DNA from: Anaerolineae bacterium
Lineage (GTDB): Bacteria; Chloroflexota; Anaerolineae; Aggregatilineales; Phototrophicaceae
NCBI GenBank assembly: GCA_034437575.1
Contig: DAOTTY010000081.1
Location: forward strand, 31,111-95,110
Direction: 5' to 3'
Length of the DNA: 64,000 bases
The notes beneath the pieces are model-generated. The model made no database searches. It saw only the letters and a program-made list of their open reading frames with translations, and had not been told where the DNA came from. The position numbers were made by a program, and so were the translations under genes. Numbering within the stretch: the stretch's first letter is position 1; each line of letters starts with the position of its first letter. This document shows positions 9,825 to 18,720 of this stretch, in pieces.

Positions 9825-10898
9825 CTACGACTCTTCAGTCGATACCGGGTCTTCTATTTCCTCTTCTTCCTCTTCTAATTCTTCCATGCTTTCATTGTCT
9901 GCCATTTCTTCTTCAGGAAGCGTGATGATGTCGCCAGCGATGATGCCATCAATGGTTTCCTCTGCCAGGGCAGTCAGTTCTTCAGATAGCTCAAATTCTT
10001 CGTTGAACTGCATTTCCAGGCCGCCGTTTTCCAGCGTCAGGACGTAGGACTCACCGCCGAGTGTGCCGTCAGCTTTGTTGGCGATCATGTCTTCGAGGAT
10101 GACATCCCAGCGGTAAACCTGGAAGGCAACCCCTGTAGTTTCGCTCAGGTTTGCCTGGCTGGACTGTGTGCCAAACCAGACCAATTCATTGTCTTTCACA
10201 ATCTGGATGGGACCGGGCACCATCTGGGCAGAACCCGTAAGGACATCGGCATCGTTGGCGACAAGGGTTTCGGCGGCTTCTGTCGCCAGCGGAACATCAC
10301 TGAACGAGTTGATGTAGGTCACGTTTGTGGTGATGTCTGGGTTTGCCTGGGACGCACCAAATACGAAACCATCCACGTAGAGCTTGGCGTCACCTACTTC
10401 AACCGGGCCGACCACACCCAGAATGTTTGTTTCAGTGAGATTCGCCGCTAATACGCCGTTGACGTACCCCCCCTGGTCAGCGGCAGCGGTGTAAGCGTAG
10501 ACGTTCGGCAGACCAAACGTATCTTCATCGGTGCCCCAGGCGAAGGACTGCTCAGGGAATTCAGAAGCCAGTTCCTCGGTGATGGAACCGAATTGCGACC
10601 CGTGTGCGATAACCATGTCGAACTCACCGCTAACGGCCCATTCACGCAGGGCAACGGCTGCGTCGTCCACCACAAAAATGCCTTCGAGGAATTCAAACTC
10701 AAACATATCCTCGCCCATATCTTCCTGAATGAGTGTTAGCGCGTCGAACATGCTTTGGCTGAAGGCAAGGTCATTGGTGGCACTGGGCGCTACAGCCGCG
10801 ACGCGAAATGGCGCGTCCTGGGCCGCTGCTGGCGTGACACTCAGAGTAGCTAACGCGCCCAAAATTAGAATTGCAACGAACCGACGTGTGTGCTGCAT
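9825..10898 (-). CDS. BMP-family (Med/PnrA-like) ABC substrate-binding protein with an acidic C-terminal tail
   Basis: Start at the ATG at 10898, 8 nt after GGGAGGAG. Signal peptide MQHTRRFVAILILGALATLSVTPAAAQ. BMP-like fold inferred from sequence resemblance and from the flanking two-permease plus tandem-ATPase architecture. Confidence 0.8.
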   Translation of the reverse strand: MQHTRRFVAILILGALATLSVTPAAAQDAPFRVAAVAPSATNDLAFSQSMFDALTLIQEDMGEDMFEFEFLEGIFVVDDAAVALREWAVSGEFDMVIAHGSQFGSITEELASEFPEQSFAWGTDEDTFGLPNVYAYTAAADQGGYVNGVLAANLTETNILGVVGPVEVGDAKLYVDGFVFGASQANPDITTNVTYINSFSDVPLATEAAETLVANDADVLTGSAQMVPGPIQIVKDNELVWFGTQSSQANLSETTGVAFQVYRWDVILEDMIANKADGTLGGESYVLTLENGGLEMQFNEEFELSEELTALAEETIDGIIAGDIITLPEEEMADNESMEELEEEEEEIEDPVSTEES

Positions 10899-10971
10899 AG
10901 TGAAGACTCCTCCCTTATGTGGGTAAATATAATACGCGGAGCGAAGAATGCCCGCGATATATACGAATATG

Positions 10972-11916
10972 TTAACCGCTCCGGTCAAATGGTTTTGTCA
11001 GGGCGGTGGGTTGTTCTCGCTGATTGGACGCCAGGGCAAGCGCGATGATCGTAATCACGTATGGTGCCATCACGGCGAACTCTGACGGAATTTGTTGGAA
11101 AATAGCAAATTGGTTTTCCAGCACTTGCACTTGAAGCTGAAGCGCGTTAACGAAGCTAAATAGCAAAGCACCGGCCAGCACACCAAATGGACGCCACCCG
11201 CCGAAGTAAACCAGCGCAACTGCGATGAAGCCCATGCCGCTGGTCAGGTTTTGCTGGAAGACTTTGAGCAGTGCAATGGATAGGGATGCGCCTGCCAACC
11301 CTGCCATGATGCCGCCAAACGTCACTGTCATGTAGCGGATGCGACCAACGCGAACGCCCACTGCATCAGCAGCCTGTGGGTTTTGCCCCACAGCCCGAAT
11401 GTTTAGACCGAATGTCGTCCGGTTGAGTACGAATGCTGCGATTGGAACCATTAGAAACGCGATATACACCAGAAGATTGTGGTTGAAGAAAACCTCACCG
11501 ATATAGGGAATGTCTGACAGTATCGGGAATGTTAAACGTTGAAAGCCATTAACGGACTCCGGTGTGCCGACAAGCTGCTGGAAGAGCAGCTCGCTAAATC
11601 CGAGTCCGAAAAGGTAGAGGCCAATCCCGCTGATGCCCTGCTCGGCTTGTAGCGTGACGCTGATAAAGGCCATCATAAGGCCGAGCAACCCGCCAGCGAT
11701 AATGGCAGCTAAAATGCCTAGCAGCAGGTTTCCAGTCAGGAAGACGACATAGTAAGCCGCAAATGCCCCTAGCAGCATGATGCCATCGACACCTAAATTG
11801 AGGACGCCACTGCGCTGGCTGAAGGTCTCTCCAATGGCGGCAAAGATGTACGGCGTTGCCAGACGAATCATAGAGGCGAAGACGCTGGCGCTGAAAACTT
11901 GCGTCAGAATATCCAT
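10972..11916 (-). CDS. ABC transporter permease (BMP-type importer)
   Basis: 314 aa, highly hydrophobic polytopic protein. Starts 3 nt after the stop of the upstream permease. Confidence 0.85.
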   Translation of the reverse strand: MDILTQVFSASVFASMIRLATPYIFAAIGETFSQRSGVLNLGVDGIMLLGAFAAYYVVFLTGNLLLGILAAIIAGGLLGLMMAFISVTLQAEQGISGIGLYLFGLGFSELLFQQLVGTPESVNGFQRLTFPILSDIPYIGEVFFNHNLLVYIAFLMVPIAAFVLNRTTFGLNIRAVGQNPQAADAVGVRVGRIRYMTVTFGGIMAGLAGASLSIALLKVFQQNLTSGMGFIAVALVYFGGWRPFGVLAGALLFSFVNALQLQVQVLENQFAIFQQIPSEFAVMAPYVITIIALALASNQREQPTALTKPFDRSG

Positions 11917-11919
11917 GAG

Positions 11920-13077
11920 CTATATCTCATTGGTCGCGGGTTGATTGGGGGTTTGGGGTTCGGCTGCTTCTGGCCTGGGTAGTGCCAGGGCGTTTGCCTG
12001 GTGTTTTACCATGCGGCGCGTCCAATATTGGCTGCTGACGACAAATACAACAATCAGGCCGTTGATGGCCGTCACCAGTGACGCTGGAATGCCGACAGCC
12101 CGCTGCATGCCCTGGGCACCGATCAGCAGCCCGCCGAATAAAATCGAGGCAGGAATGGCACCAATTGGGTTCAATCCACCGAACAAGGCCGCCACAATCC
12201 CGTTGAAGCCAGCATTGGCCGTGAACCCGGTGGGTGAGCCGTCTGTTTGCAGGCGATATTGCAGCCCAAGCACCTGTACAACACCGGCAAGGCCCGCCAG
12301 CCCGCCTGCCAGGAACATCGACAGTACCGCCTGCCGATTGACGTTGATCCCGGCATAGCGCGAAGCTCGTTGGTTCAGCCCGACAGCACGTATACGGTAG
12401 CCAATGGTGGTGCGCCACAGCAGCACATAAACCAGTATGGCAACACTGACAGCGACAACCAGCCCGAAGTGCAGGCGGGTACGGTCAAACAGAATCAGTT
12501 CTGGCCCGATGGGAATGGAGATGCGTGCGAGTTGCGCTGCTTCTGTGATGCGGGCAGTTTTGGGAATGTTGTTGAATCCGGCGGTTGCGGGGTCCAGCAT
12601 GATGCCATTGAGCAAGAAATTCATCATTTGCACGGCAATCTGGTTGAGCATGATGGTGCTAAGGATTTCGTTGACACCGAAATACGCTTTCAAGTACCCA
12701 GCGATGCCACCAAACGCGCCCCCGGCCACGAATGCAGCCACCAGTGCCGCCGGGATAATGACCAGGCCCGGTGAGTTTGAGAGTTGCAGGGCAACCGCTG
12801 TGCCAATGACGGCACCGGTAATCATCTGTCCTTCGCCGCCAATGTTAATCACCCCACCCCGGAAGGCGATGGTGATGCCAACAGCGACAAACATGATGGG
12901 CGTGGCCTTAACGAGCGTTTCTGCGAATTTGTTCTGCGTGCCGAAAGCACCATCCCACATGGCGGCAAAGGCTTCGAGTGGGTTGGTGTTGAGCGCAATG
13001 AGCATGATGGCGGCGACGACCAGGGCGGCGATTAGTGCAGCCATAGTTGGTATGATGATGCGGATACGGTTTAACAT
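11920..13077 (-). CDS. ABC transporter permease (BMP-type importer)
   Basis: 385 aa polytopic protein. First gene of the co-oriented six-gene block. Confidence 0.85.
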   Translation of the reverse strand: MLNRIRIIIPTMAALIAALVVAAIMLIALNTNPLEAFAAMWDGAFGTQNKFAETLVKATPIMFVAVGITIAFRGGVINIGGEGQMITGAVIGTAVALQLSNSPGLVIIPAALVAAFVAGGAFGGIAGYLKAYFGVNEILSTIMLNQIAVQMMNFLLNGIMLDPATAGFNNIPKTARITEAAQLARISIPIGPELILFDRTRLHFGLVVAVSVAILVYVLLWRTTIGYRIRAVGLNQRASRYAGINVNRQAVLSMFLAGGLAGLAGVVQVLGLQYRLQTDGSPTGFTANAGFNGIVAALFGGLNPIGAIPASILFGGLLIGAQGMQRAVGIPASLVTAINGLIVVFVVSSQYWTRRMVKHQANALALPRPEAAEPQTPNQPATNEI

Positions 13078-13328
13078 ATCAGGCCCAGTTGATAGCTGAG
13101 TGCAAATTGGGGAGAGCGACGCCTCCGATTAAGACGCCATTTAGTATACTTTAAGACAAGTTGGCGGTGCCATCCAACAACGTCCACAACATTCGCTGTT
13201 GATTTCCGTACAATCTTTACAAATGCGACCTAAAAGTGTTTTAAGGGGCAGGGAACCTTGTCAGAGGTGGGGGAATCGCAGTAAAATTTGAGAGCTTAGT
13301 AAGTGAAGTTTGGAACAAAGGTCGTTAA

Positions 13329-13565
13329 ATGTCTAATTTGACACTCCGTCGTCTTTTTGTGTGGTCAGTTTCGTTGATACTGGGCTTTGCCCTCACCGTT
13401 TTACTGTTTGAAGTCATGTTCCCGGCCCTCATACCGCAGGAAGCTGGCAAGAACCTTCTTGATGATTATGGGATCGGTTACACGCTGGGCACAGCCCTCC
13501 CGATTGCAATGATCTTCGTCGCCTGGCTTGATTACTTCATGGACACCCGTATTCACGCTGACTAG
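13329..13565 (+). CDS. Small hypothetical membrane protein (two predicted TM helices)
   Basis: 78 aa ORF with two hydrophobic stretches, followed 5 nt later by a strong intrinsic terminator. No homology recognised. Confidence 0.45.
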   Translation: MSNLTLRRLFVWSVSLILGFALTVLLFEVMFPALIPQEAGKNLLDDYGIGYTLGTALPIAMIFVAWLDYFMDTRIHAD

Positions 13566-13570
13566 ACTTC

Positions 13571-13599
13571 AAAGCCGCCTGAAAGATGGCGGCTTTTTT
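13571..13599 (+). terminator. Rho-independent terminator (probably bidirectional)
   Basis: AAAGCCGCC-TGAAAGAT-GGCGGCTTT followed by TTTTTC. Lies between convergent genes ending at 13565 and 13617. Confidence 0.7.
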
Positions 13600-13616
13600 C
13601 TTCGATACGCTGCCGC

Positions 13617-14405
13617 CTAGAAACTCGTCAGTAGATACTCCAGCCCCGCCACGCTCAAGTTACCCGATACACGCACCCGACTGACCTCCAGGCGGTTTGA
13701 TGTGGTGTGTACGGTGCCTAGCTGCGTGGTTACGGCTCGTGCAATATCTGCCTGCTGGGCGATTTGTAGCGTTTGTGAATCGTACTTGCCCCCTGGATAA
13801 GAAAACATGAGCGGGCGACTGCCCAGGTTTGCCTCAATGCTCTCGATGCTTCCAACAATTTGATATACCAGGAAGTCCCAATCGCGCTCTCGTAAGTCCA
13901 TGTGATTTTTTGTATGTGGTTCAATGCTGTGGCCAGCGGCAGCCATTTCCTGTGCCTGCTGCCAGTTGATGTAATCGGGATGGTTAGTGTCTAGCAGGGA
14001 CGTAATGACAAAGAACGTGCCAGAGAAACTGAACGCTTGAAGGATGGGGAAGGCGTCGGTGTAGTGATCTAAATGGCCGTCATCGAATGTGAGGACGACT
14101 GGCTTTGCTGGCAGGGTTTCGCCGTTCAGCAAAGCGGCATCCAGGTCATACAGCGTGATGGGGGTGTAGCCTGCATCGGCCAGGTGCTGCATGTGAGCGC
14201 GGAAGATGTCTGGCTCTACTGTTAGCTCGACGCGGAATTCGTCGGCGTCAGTGGGGAGGTTGCTGATGTAATGGTACATTAAAATGGGCACGCGCAGCCG
14301 TCGCAAGGTGCCATCGTGATTGGGGGGAGTGCTGTTTTGGGCGTTTGTAAGATTGGCTGCAAGTAGCAGGCCCATCAAAAGGGTTGTAATACCAAATATA
14401 CGCAT
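13617..14405 (-). CDS. Polysaccharide deacetylase family protein (NodB homology domain), secreted
   Basis: Signal peptide, TFDDG motif, HTKNH His motif. AGGAG precedes the ATG. Confidence 0.85.
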   Translation of the reverse strand: MRIFGITTLLMGLLLAANLTNAQNSTPPNHDGTLRRLRVPILMYHYISNLPTDADEFRVELTVEPDIFRAHMQHLADAGYTPITLYDLDAALLNGETLPAKPVVLTFDDGHLDHYTDAFPILQAFSFSGTFFVITSLLDTNHPDYINWQQAQEMAAAGHSIEPHTKNHMDLRERDWDFLVYQIVGSIESIEANLGSRPLMFSYPGGKYDSQTLQIAQQADIARAVTTQLGTVHTTSNRLEVSRVRVSGNLSVAGLEYLLTSF

Positions 14406-14520
14406 AGTGTGCTGCTCCTGTATTCACTTTTTGATGATAGGGTCACGGCGTGTGAGTGTCAATCACTTTCGTAGGCCGCTTGATAGATTTTGAAAGCAGA
14501 TTGGTGATAAGTTTCACAAC

Positions 14521-15816
14521 ATGACATCGCAACATACATCACGTATTCCTGGCTTTTACAAAAGATCATTGGCTGACCGGGCAGCATTTGTTGCACAGTG
14601 GGGTGATTTGGCCCCGCACGAGTACGCTGTTTTGATTGGCGTGAATGGGTTAAGTGCCCAACAAGCTGACAACATGATCGAAAATGTTGTTGGGACGTAT
14701 GCCCTGCCGCTGGCAGTGGCGACCAATTTTCTTATTAATGACCGCGACTATCTTATTCCGATGGTGGTTGAGGAACCCTCTGTGGTGGCTGCTGTGAGCA
14801 GTGCAGCCAAAGGCTTCCGCGAAAGTGGTGGTTTTCAGACGAGCAGCGATGAACCCATCATGATCGGGCAGATTCAGGTGCTTGACCTTGAGGATATTTA
14901 CGCTGCTGCCGGGCAGGTTAACCGCTATCGCAACGAACTGCTGCAAGAAGCGAACAAGGTTGGCGGGAGTATCGTTCGGCGCGGTGGCGGTGCCCGTGAT
15001 TTGCAGGTGCGCCCGATTCAAGGAACATCTGTTGGTGATATGCTGATCGTCCACGTGATGTTCGATACCCGCGATGCAATGGGTGCCAATGCCATTAACA
15101 CGGTTGTGGAGCATCTGGCCCCGTTCATTGAAAAGGTTACGGGTGGGCGCGTCAACCTTCGCATCCTCAGCAACCTGACGGATCAGCGCAAAGCACGAGC
15201 GGAAGGTATGATCGCTGCTGAGCATCTTGCCACCGATGGTTCGGACGGGCGGCAGGTGGTGAAAGCCATTGTCGAGGCGGCTGTCTTCGCGGAGGTTGAC
15301 CCTTATCGTGCTGCCACGCATAACAAAGGCATTATGAACGGGATTGACCCGGTGGTTATCGCAACGGGTAACGACTGGCGGGCTGTAGAGGCGGGCGCTC
15401 ATGCCTATGCTGCTCGGTCTGGCCAGTATAGTAGCCTGACAAAATGGTGGCAGGACGGGAATGGTAACTTACGTGGTGCTATTGAATTACCGCTCGCGCT
15501 TGGCATAGTAGGCGGCGCGACGCGGGTGCATCCTACCGCGCAACTGGCTCTACGAATCCTGAAAACAGAGTCTGCGCGTGAGCTATCTGAAGTGATAGTT
15601 GCCGTTGGTTTAGCACAGAATTTTGCAGCTATTCGGGCGCTGGCGACACATGGTATCCAGAAGGGACACATGAGGCTTCATGCAAAGCAGCTTGCTGTTG
15701 CCGCTGGTGCCAGCGGTTCACTTGTAGATCGGATTGTGCAGATCATGGTGGATGAGGGCAACATCCGCGCAGAGCGGGCCAAACAGCTATTGGAAGAATT
15801 GAGGAGAACAAAGTGA
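14521..15816 (+). CDS. Hydroxymethylglutaryl-CoA reductase, class II
   Basis: 431 aa. Motifs: [59 protein letters not shown]. Both the length and the motifs fit the class II (bacterial-type) enzyme. Confidence 0.9.
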   Translation: MTSQHTSRIPGFYKRSLADRAAFVAQWGDLAPHEYAVLIGVNGLSAQQADNMIENVVGTYALPLAVATNFLINDRDYLIPMVVEEPSVVAAVSSAAKGFRESGGFQTSSDEPIMIGQIQVLDLEDIYAAAGQVNRYRNELLQEANKVGGSIVRRGGGARDLQVRPIQGTSVGDMLIVHVMFDTRDAMGANAINTVVEHLAPFIEKVTGGRVNLRILSNLTDQRKARAEGMIAAEHLATDGSDGRQVVKAIVEAAVFAEVDPYRAATHNKGIMNGIDPVVIATGNDWRAVEAGAHAYAARSGQYSSLTKWWQDGNGNLRGAIELPLALGIVGGATRVHPTAQLALRILKTESARELSEVIVAVGLAQNFAAIRALATHGIQKGHMRLHAKQLAVAAGASGSLVDRIVQIMVDEGNIRAERAKQLLEELRRTK

Positions 15817-16889
15817 ATAATGTGACCAACATCAACGGGGGCCTGATGCGTGCGGATCGGCAGGTGGGCATCGTGGGGTATGGCGCATATGTACCGCGCT
15901 ATCGCCTGCCTGGAACTGAAATCGCCCGTGTGTGGACGAATGGCCTCGGTGGTAGCCCAGTAAAAGAGAAGGCCGTAGCCGGTTTGGACGAGGACGTGAT
16001 TACAATGTCCATCGAAGCAGCACGTAACGCCGTTAGCCGCGCTCAAATTGACCCACAGCAAATCCGGGCGGTGTGGGTCGGCAGTGAAAGTCATCCGTAC
16101 TCGGTGAAACCGTCCAGCACTATTGTCGCAGAGAGCATCGGTACATCCCCCAGCATTCAGGCAGCAGACTGGGAATTTGCTTGCAAAGCTGGTACGGAAG
16201 CCGTGCAGGCGTCTATCGGCATTGTTGGCAGTGGTATGGGCAATTACACGCTGAGCATTGGCATGGATACTGCCCAGGGACGCCCCGGTGATGCACTCGA
16301 ATATACGGCGGCTTCTGGCGGTGCGGCATTCGTGATTGGTCCGGCGGCTGACGCTGTAGCGGTTTATCAGGGGAGTTACAGCTACGTCACGGATACGCCG
16401 GACTTTTGGCGACGGGCGGACGTAACCTACCCCAGTCATGGTGACCGCTTCACAGGCGAACCCGCTTACTTCAATCACACGTTGGCCGCCGCATCCACGC
16501 TAATGGAAATGATGGGCACTACAGCGGAAGATTACAACTATGCCGTGTTCCACCAGCCCAATGTGAAGTTCCCAGCGCGGGCGGGCAAGGCCCTCGGCTT
16601 CTCGTCAGAACAGGTTGAGACGGGGCTGTTGGCTGATGAAATCGGTAATGTGTATTCGGGGTCGTGCATGATTGGCCTGACCGCGATTCTAGACATTGCG
16701 GAGCCGGGTGAGCGCATTTTGATGGTGAGTTATGGGAGCGGCGCTGGTTCAGATGCGTTTGACTTGATAGTAACTGACAAGATCAGCGAGCGGCGTGACC
16801 TGGCCCTGAGGACGTGGGATTACATCGCACGGCGCACAGAAATTGACTATGCAACGTACTCACGCTATCGCGGCAAGCTGAAGGGATAA
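15813..16889 (+). CDS. HMG-CoA synthase, short archaeal-type form
   Basis: 358 aa. N-terminus [15 protein letters not shown]...[19 protein letters not shown], Cys-containing [12 protein letters not shown] start 6 nt after GAGGAG, overlapping the HMGR stop by 4 nt. Confidence 0.85.
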   Translation: MNNVTNINGGLMRADRQVGIVGYGAYVPRYRLPGTEIARVWTNGLGGSPVKEKAVAGLDEDVITMSIEAARNAVSRAQIDPQQIRAVWVGSESHPYSVKPSSTIVAESIGTSPSIQAADWEFACKAGTEAVQASIGIVGSGMGNYTLSIGMDTAQGRPGDALEYTAASGGAAFVIGPAADAVAVYQGSYSYVTDTPDFWRRADVTYPSHGDRFTGEPAYFNHTLAAASTLMEMMGTTAEDYNYAVFHQPNVKFPARAGKALGFSSEQVETGLLADEIGNVYSGSCMIGLTAILDIAEPGERILMVSYGSGAGSDAFDLIVTDKISERRDLALRTWDYIARRTEIDYATYSRYRGKLKG

Positions 16890-16898
16890 TGACGAAAG

Positions 16899-18056
16899 AT
16901 GCGAAATGTTTCGGTAATCGGAATTGGGCAGACGGCTGTTGGCGAGCACTGGGATAAAAGCCTTAGAATGTTGGCGGCTGAAGCTATAGGCGCGGCACTT
17001 GCGGATGCTGGCCTGACGACTGTTGATGCAGTCTATGTTGGGAATGGCTACAGCGGTTCAATCAGTTCGCAAACGCAAGTTGGCGCTCTTGTTGCGGACT
17101 ACGCCGGGTTGGTGGGTGTTGAGGCTTACAGCATGGATGCGGGTGATGCGTCTGGCGGGGCGGCGCTGCGGACGGGGTACATGGCTGTGGCGTCTGGCGC
17201 GGTTGATGTGGTGATGGTGGTCGGCGTGGAGAAGATGACCGATCAGGTGGCATCTGACAGGGTGACAAGCCGTAACCTGAGCCTGGATGCGGACTTCGAG
17301 GCGGTTCACGGGGCTACACAAACCGCTCTTGCAGCAATGCTAATGCGCCGCTACATGCACGAATACGGAGTAACCCTGCCGGACTTTGAAGGCTTTAGCT
17401 TGAACGCCCATGCGAATGGCGTTGGCAATCCCAACGCCATGTTCCGTAAGGCACTGCGTGATGGGGCATTCAGCAAAGCGCCTATGGTCGCAGACCCGGT
17501 AAGCCTGTTCGATGTAGCGCCTGATGCCGACGGGGCTGCTGCTATTATCCTGACGGCCAGCGATGTAGCGGCGGATATGGTTCCTAGACCTGTACACATT
17601 GCTGCCAGTGCGATTGCTACAGATACATTCGCCGTGCAGGATCGTGCTGACCTGATGTGGCTGAGGGCGGTGGAGGGTTCCACGAACAAGGCACTGGCGC
17701 AGGCAGCGGTTGACCGATCTGAAATTGATCTGTTCGAACTCCACGACGCTTACACGATCCTTTCCGTGTTGGCGCTCGAAGCGGCTGGTTTTGCTGAGCG
17801 GGGCCACGGCTGGGAGTTGGCGGCGGGTGCTGAGAAAGCGATTAGCCGCAGCGGTGAAATCCCGATTGCTACATTCGGCGGATTGAAGAGCCGGGGCAAT
17901 CCAGCGGGGGCAACAGGTGTTTATCAAGCTGTGGAAGCAACCCTACAACTGCGCCATGCCGCTGGGGACAATCAAGTAGCTGGGGCCAGTATTGCAATGA
18001 TCCAGAACCTTGGTGGCCTTGCAACAACTGCTGTGACCCATATTTTACGTGTATGA
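16899..18056 (+). CDS. Acetoacetyl-CoA thiolase, archaeal-type (thiolase-like / SCP-x type)
   Basis: 385 aa thiolase-fold protein (VSVIGIGQT..., NLGGLATTA C-terminus). Sits in the HMGS-thiolase-DUF35 gene order typical of archaea. Confidence 0.8.
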   Translation: MRNVSVIGIGQTAVGEHWDKSLRMLAAEAIGAALADAGLTTVDAVYVGNGYSGSISSQTQVGALVADYAGLVGVEAYSMDAGDASGGAALRTGYMAVASGAVDVVMVVGVEKMTDQVASDRVTSRNLSLDADFEAVHGATQTALAAMLMRRYMHEYGVTLPDFEGFSLNAHANGVGNPNAMFRKALRDGAFSKAPMVADPVSLFDVAPDADGAAAIILTASDVAADMVPRPVHIAASAIATDTFAVQDRADLMWLRAVEGSTNKALAQAAVDRSEIDLFELHDAYTILSVLALEAAGFAERGHGWELAAGAEKAISRSGEIPIATFGGLKSRGNPAGATGVYQAVEATLQLRHAAGDNQVAGASIAMIQNLGGLATTAVTHILRV

Positions 18057-18159
18057 CAGTCGATAGGTAGCTCTCAGGGCCGCGTTGATAGGTTTTGAGA
18101 GCGCAAATCGGATATATTGTGAAACATAGAGCAAGCAGAGTAGTTAAGGATCAACAACG

Positions 18160-18348
18160 ATGCAAATCTCACGTCACTGGCGCATGAACGCACAACGCTA
18201 TCGCCTAGAGGGTGTACGCTACGGAGACGACGCAGTTAGTTTGCAGGGGCGTCCGGTATCCGCATCTGACGAGCGCCAGGCAGAGCCTGAACGCAAGGCT
18301 GACCATGATGGAGTTGAAGCACCGCAATTACAGAAGATAGCGTCGTGA
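18160..18348 (+). CDS. DUF35-family N-terminal fragment (helix segment present, zinc-ribbon cysteines absent)
   Basis: ISRHWRMNAQRYRLEG matches the remembered archaeal DUF35 N-terminus (RFWR..P.RY.L.G..C..CG). It continues as VRYGDD... with no Cys. Stops at a TGA overlapping the next GTG. Confidence 0.45.
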   Translation: MQISRHWRMNAQRYRLEGVRYGDDAVSLQGRPVSASDERQAEPERKADHDGVEAPQLQKIAS

Positions 18349-18644
18349 ATGATCAGAGTTTGCCTGTAGCGCGTGATAAATCTCGTTATCAGTTTGCGGG
18401 TGGTGGCGAGATTTACAGCTTCACAGTCGTGCAGGAAGCACCAGCGGGTCATGAATGGCAAACACCCTATCCGATGGCGCTTGTCAAGCTGGATGAAGGT
18501 CCTATTATTACTGCACAAATCACTGACATGGTCAAAGACGAGTCGCTGCAAATTGGTGATCGGGTCGAAATGGTGACTCGCAGGCTGACGACAGAGGGTG
18601 AGACGGGTATCATTATCTACGGATACAAATTCCGCCGCTTGTAG
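18345..18644 (+). CDS. DUF35-family OB-fold domain protein (thiolase/HMGS-associated)
   Basis: GGGEIYSFTVVQEAPAGHEWQTPYPMALVKLDEGPIITAQI...IGDRVEMVTRRL...GIIIYGYKFRRL resembles the DUF35 OB-fold. GTG start in a GTGA overlap with the previous ORF. Confidence 0.75.
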   Translation: MNDQSLPVARDKSRYQFAGGGEIYSFTVVQEAPAGHEWQTPYPMALVKLDEGPIITAQITDMVKDESLQIGDRVEMVTRRLTTEGETGIIIYGYKFRRL

Positions 18645-18671
18645 AACTTGGATTTCTCAACTGCACACGAG

Positions 18672-18694
18672 AAGGCCGTCATGTTGACGGCCTT
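18672..18694 (+). terminator. Rho-independent terminator after the mevalonate upper-pathway operon
   Basis: AAGGCCGTCA-TGT-TGACGGCCTT followed by TTCTGTGTG. Confidence 0.6.
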
Positions 18695-18720
18695 TTCTGT
18701 GTGAGAAATGATCGTAGCGT

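Noticed and set aside
9733-10047. Ser-rich 104 aa ORF (+) with an SSSSSSNSS run.
   Set aside because: It is the mirror image of the poly-Glu (GAA/GAG) tail of the BMP-family SBP on the other strand. It is not an independent gene.
13078-13328. Purine/guanine riboswitch or other leader element upstream of the nucleoside-type transporter operon.
   Set aside because: Reading the minus strand, I found none of the conserved purine-riboswitch junction sequences and no three-way-junction arrangement of stems. There is only a GACGCC direct repeat and weak promoter-like hexamers. This needs an Rfam/Infernal scan to be definitive.
18211-18350. A zinc ribbon hidden in an alternative frame (a simple frameshift artefact) in the DUF35 region.
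   Set aside because: I translated all three forward frames by hand. Only two isolated Cys codons occur, and no CxxC pair appears in any frame. One indel therefore cannot regenerate the ribbon. The split itself still needs read-level verification.
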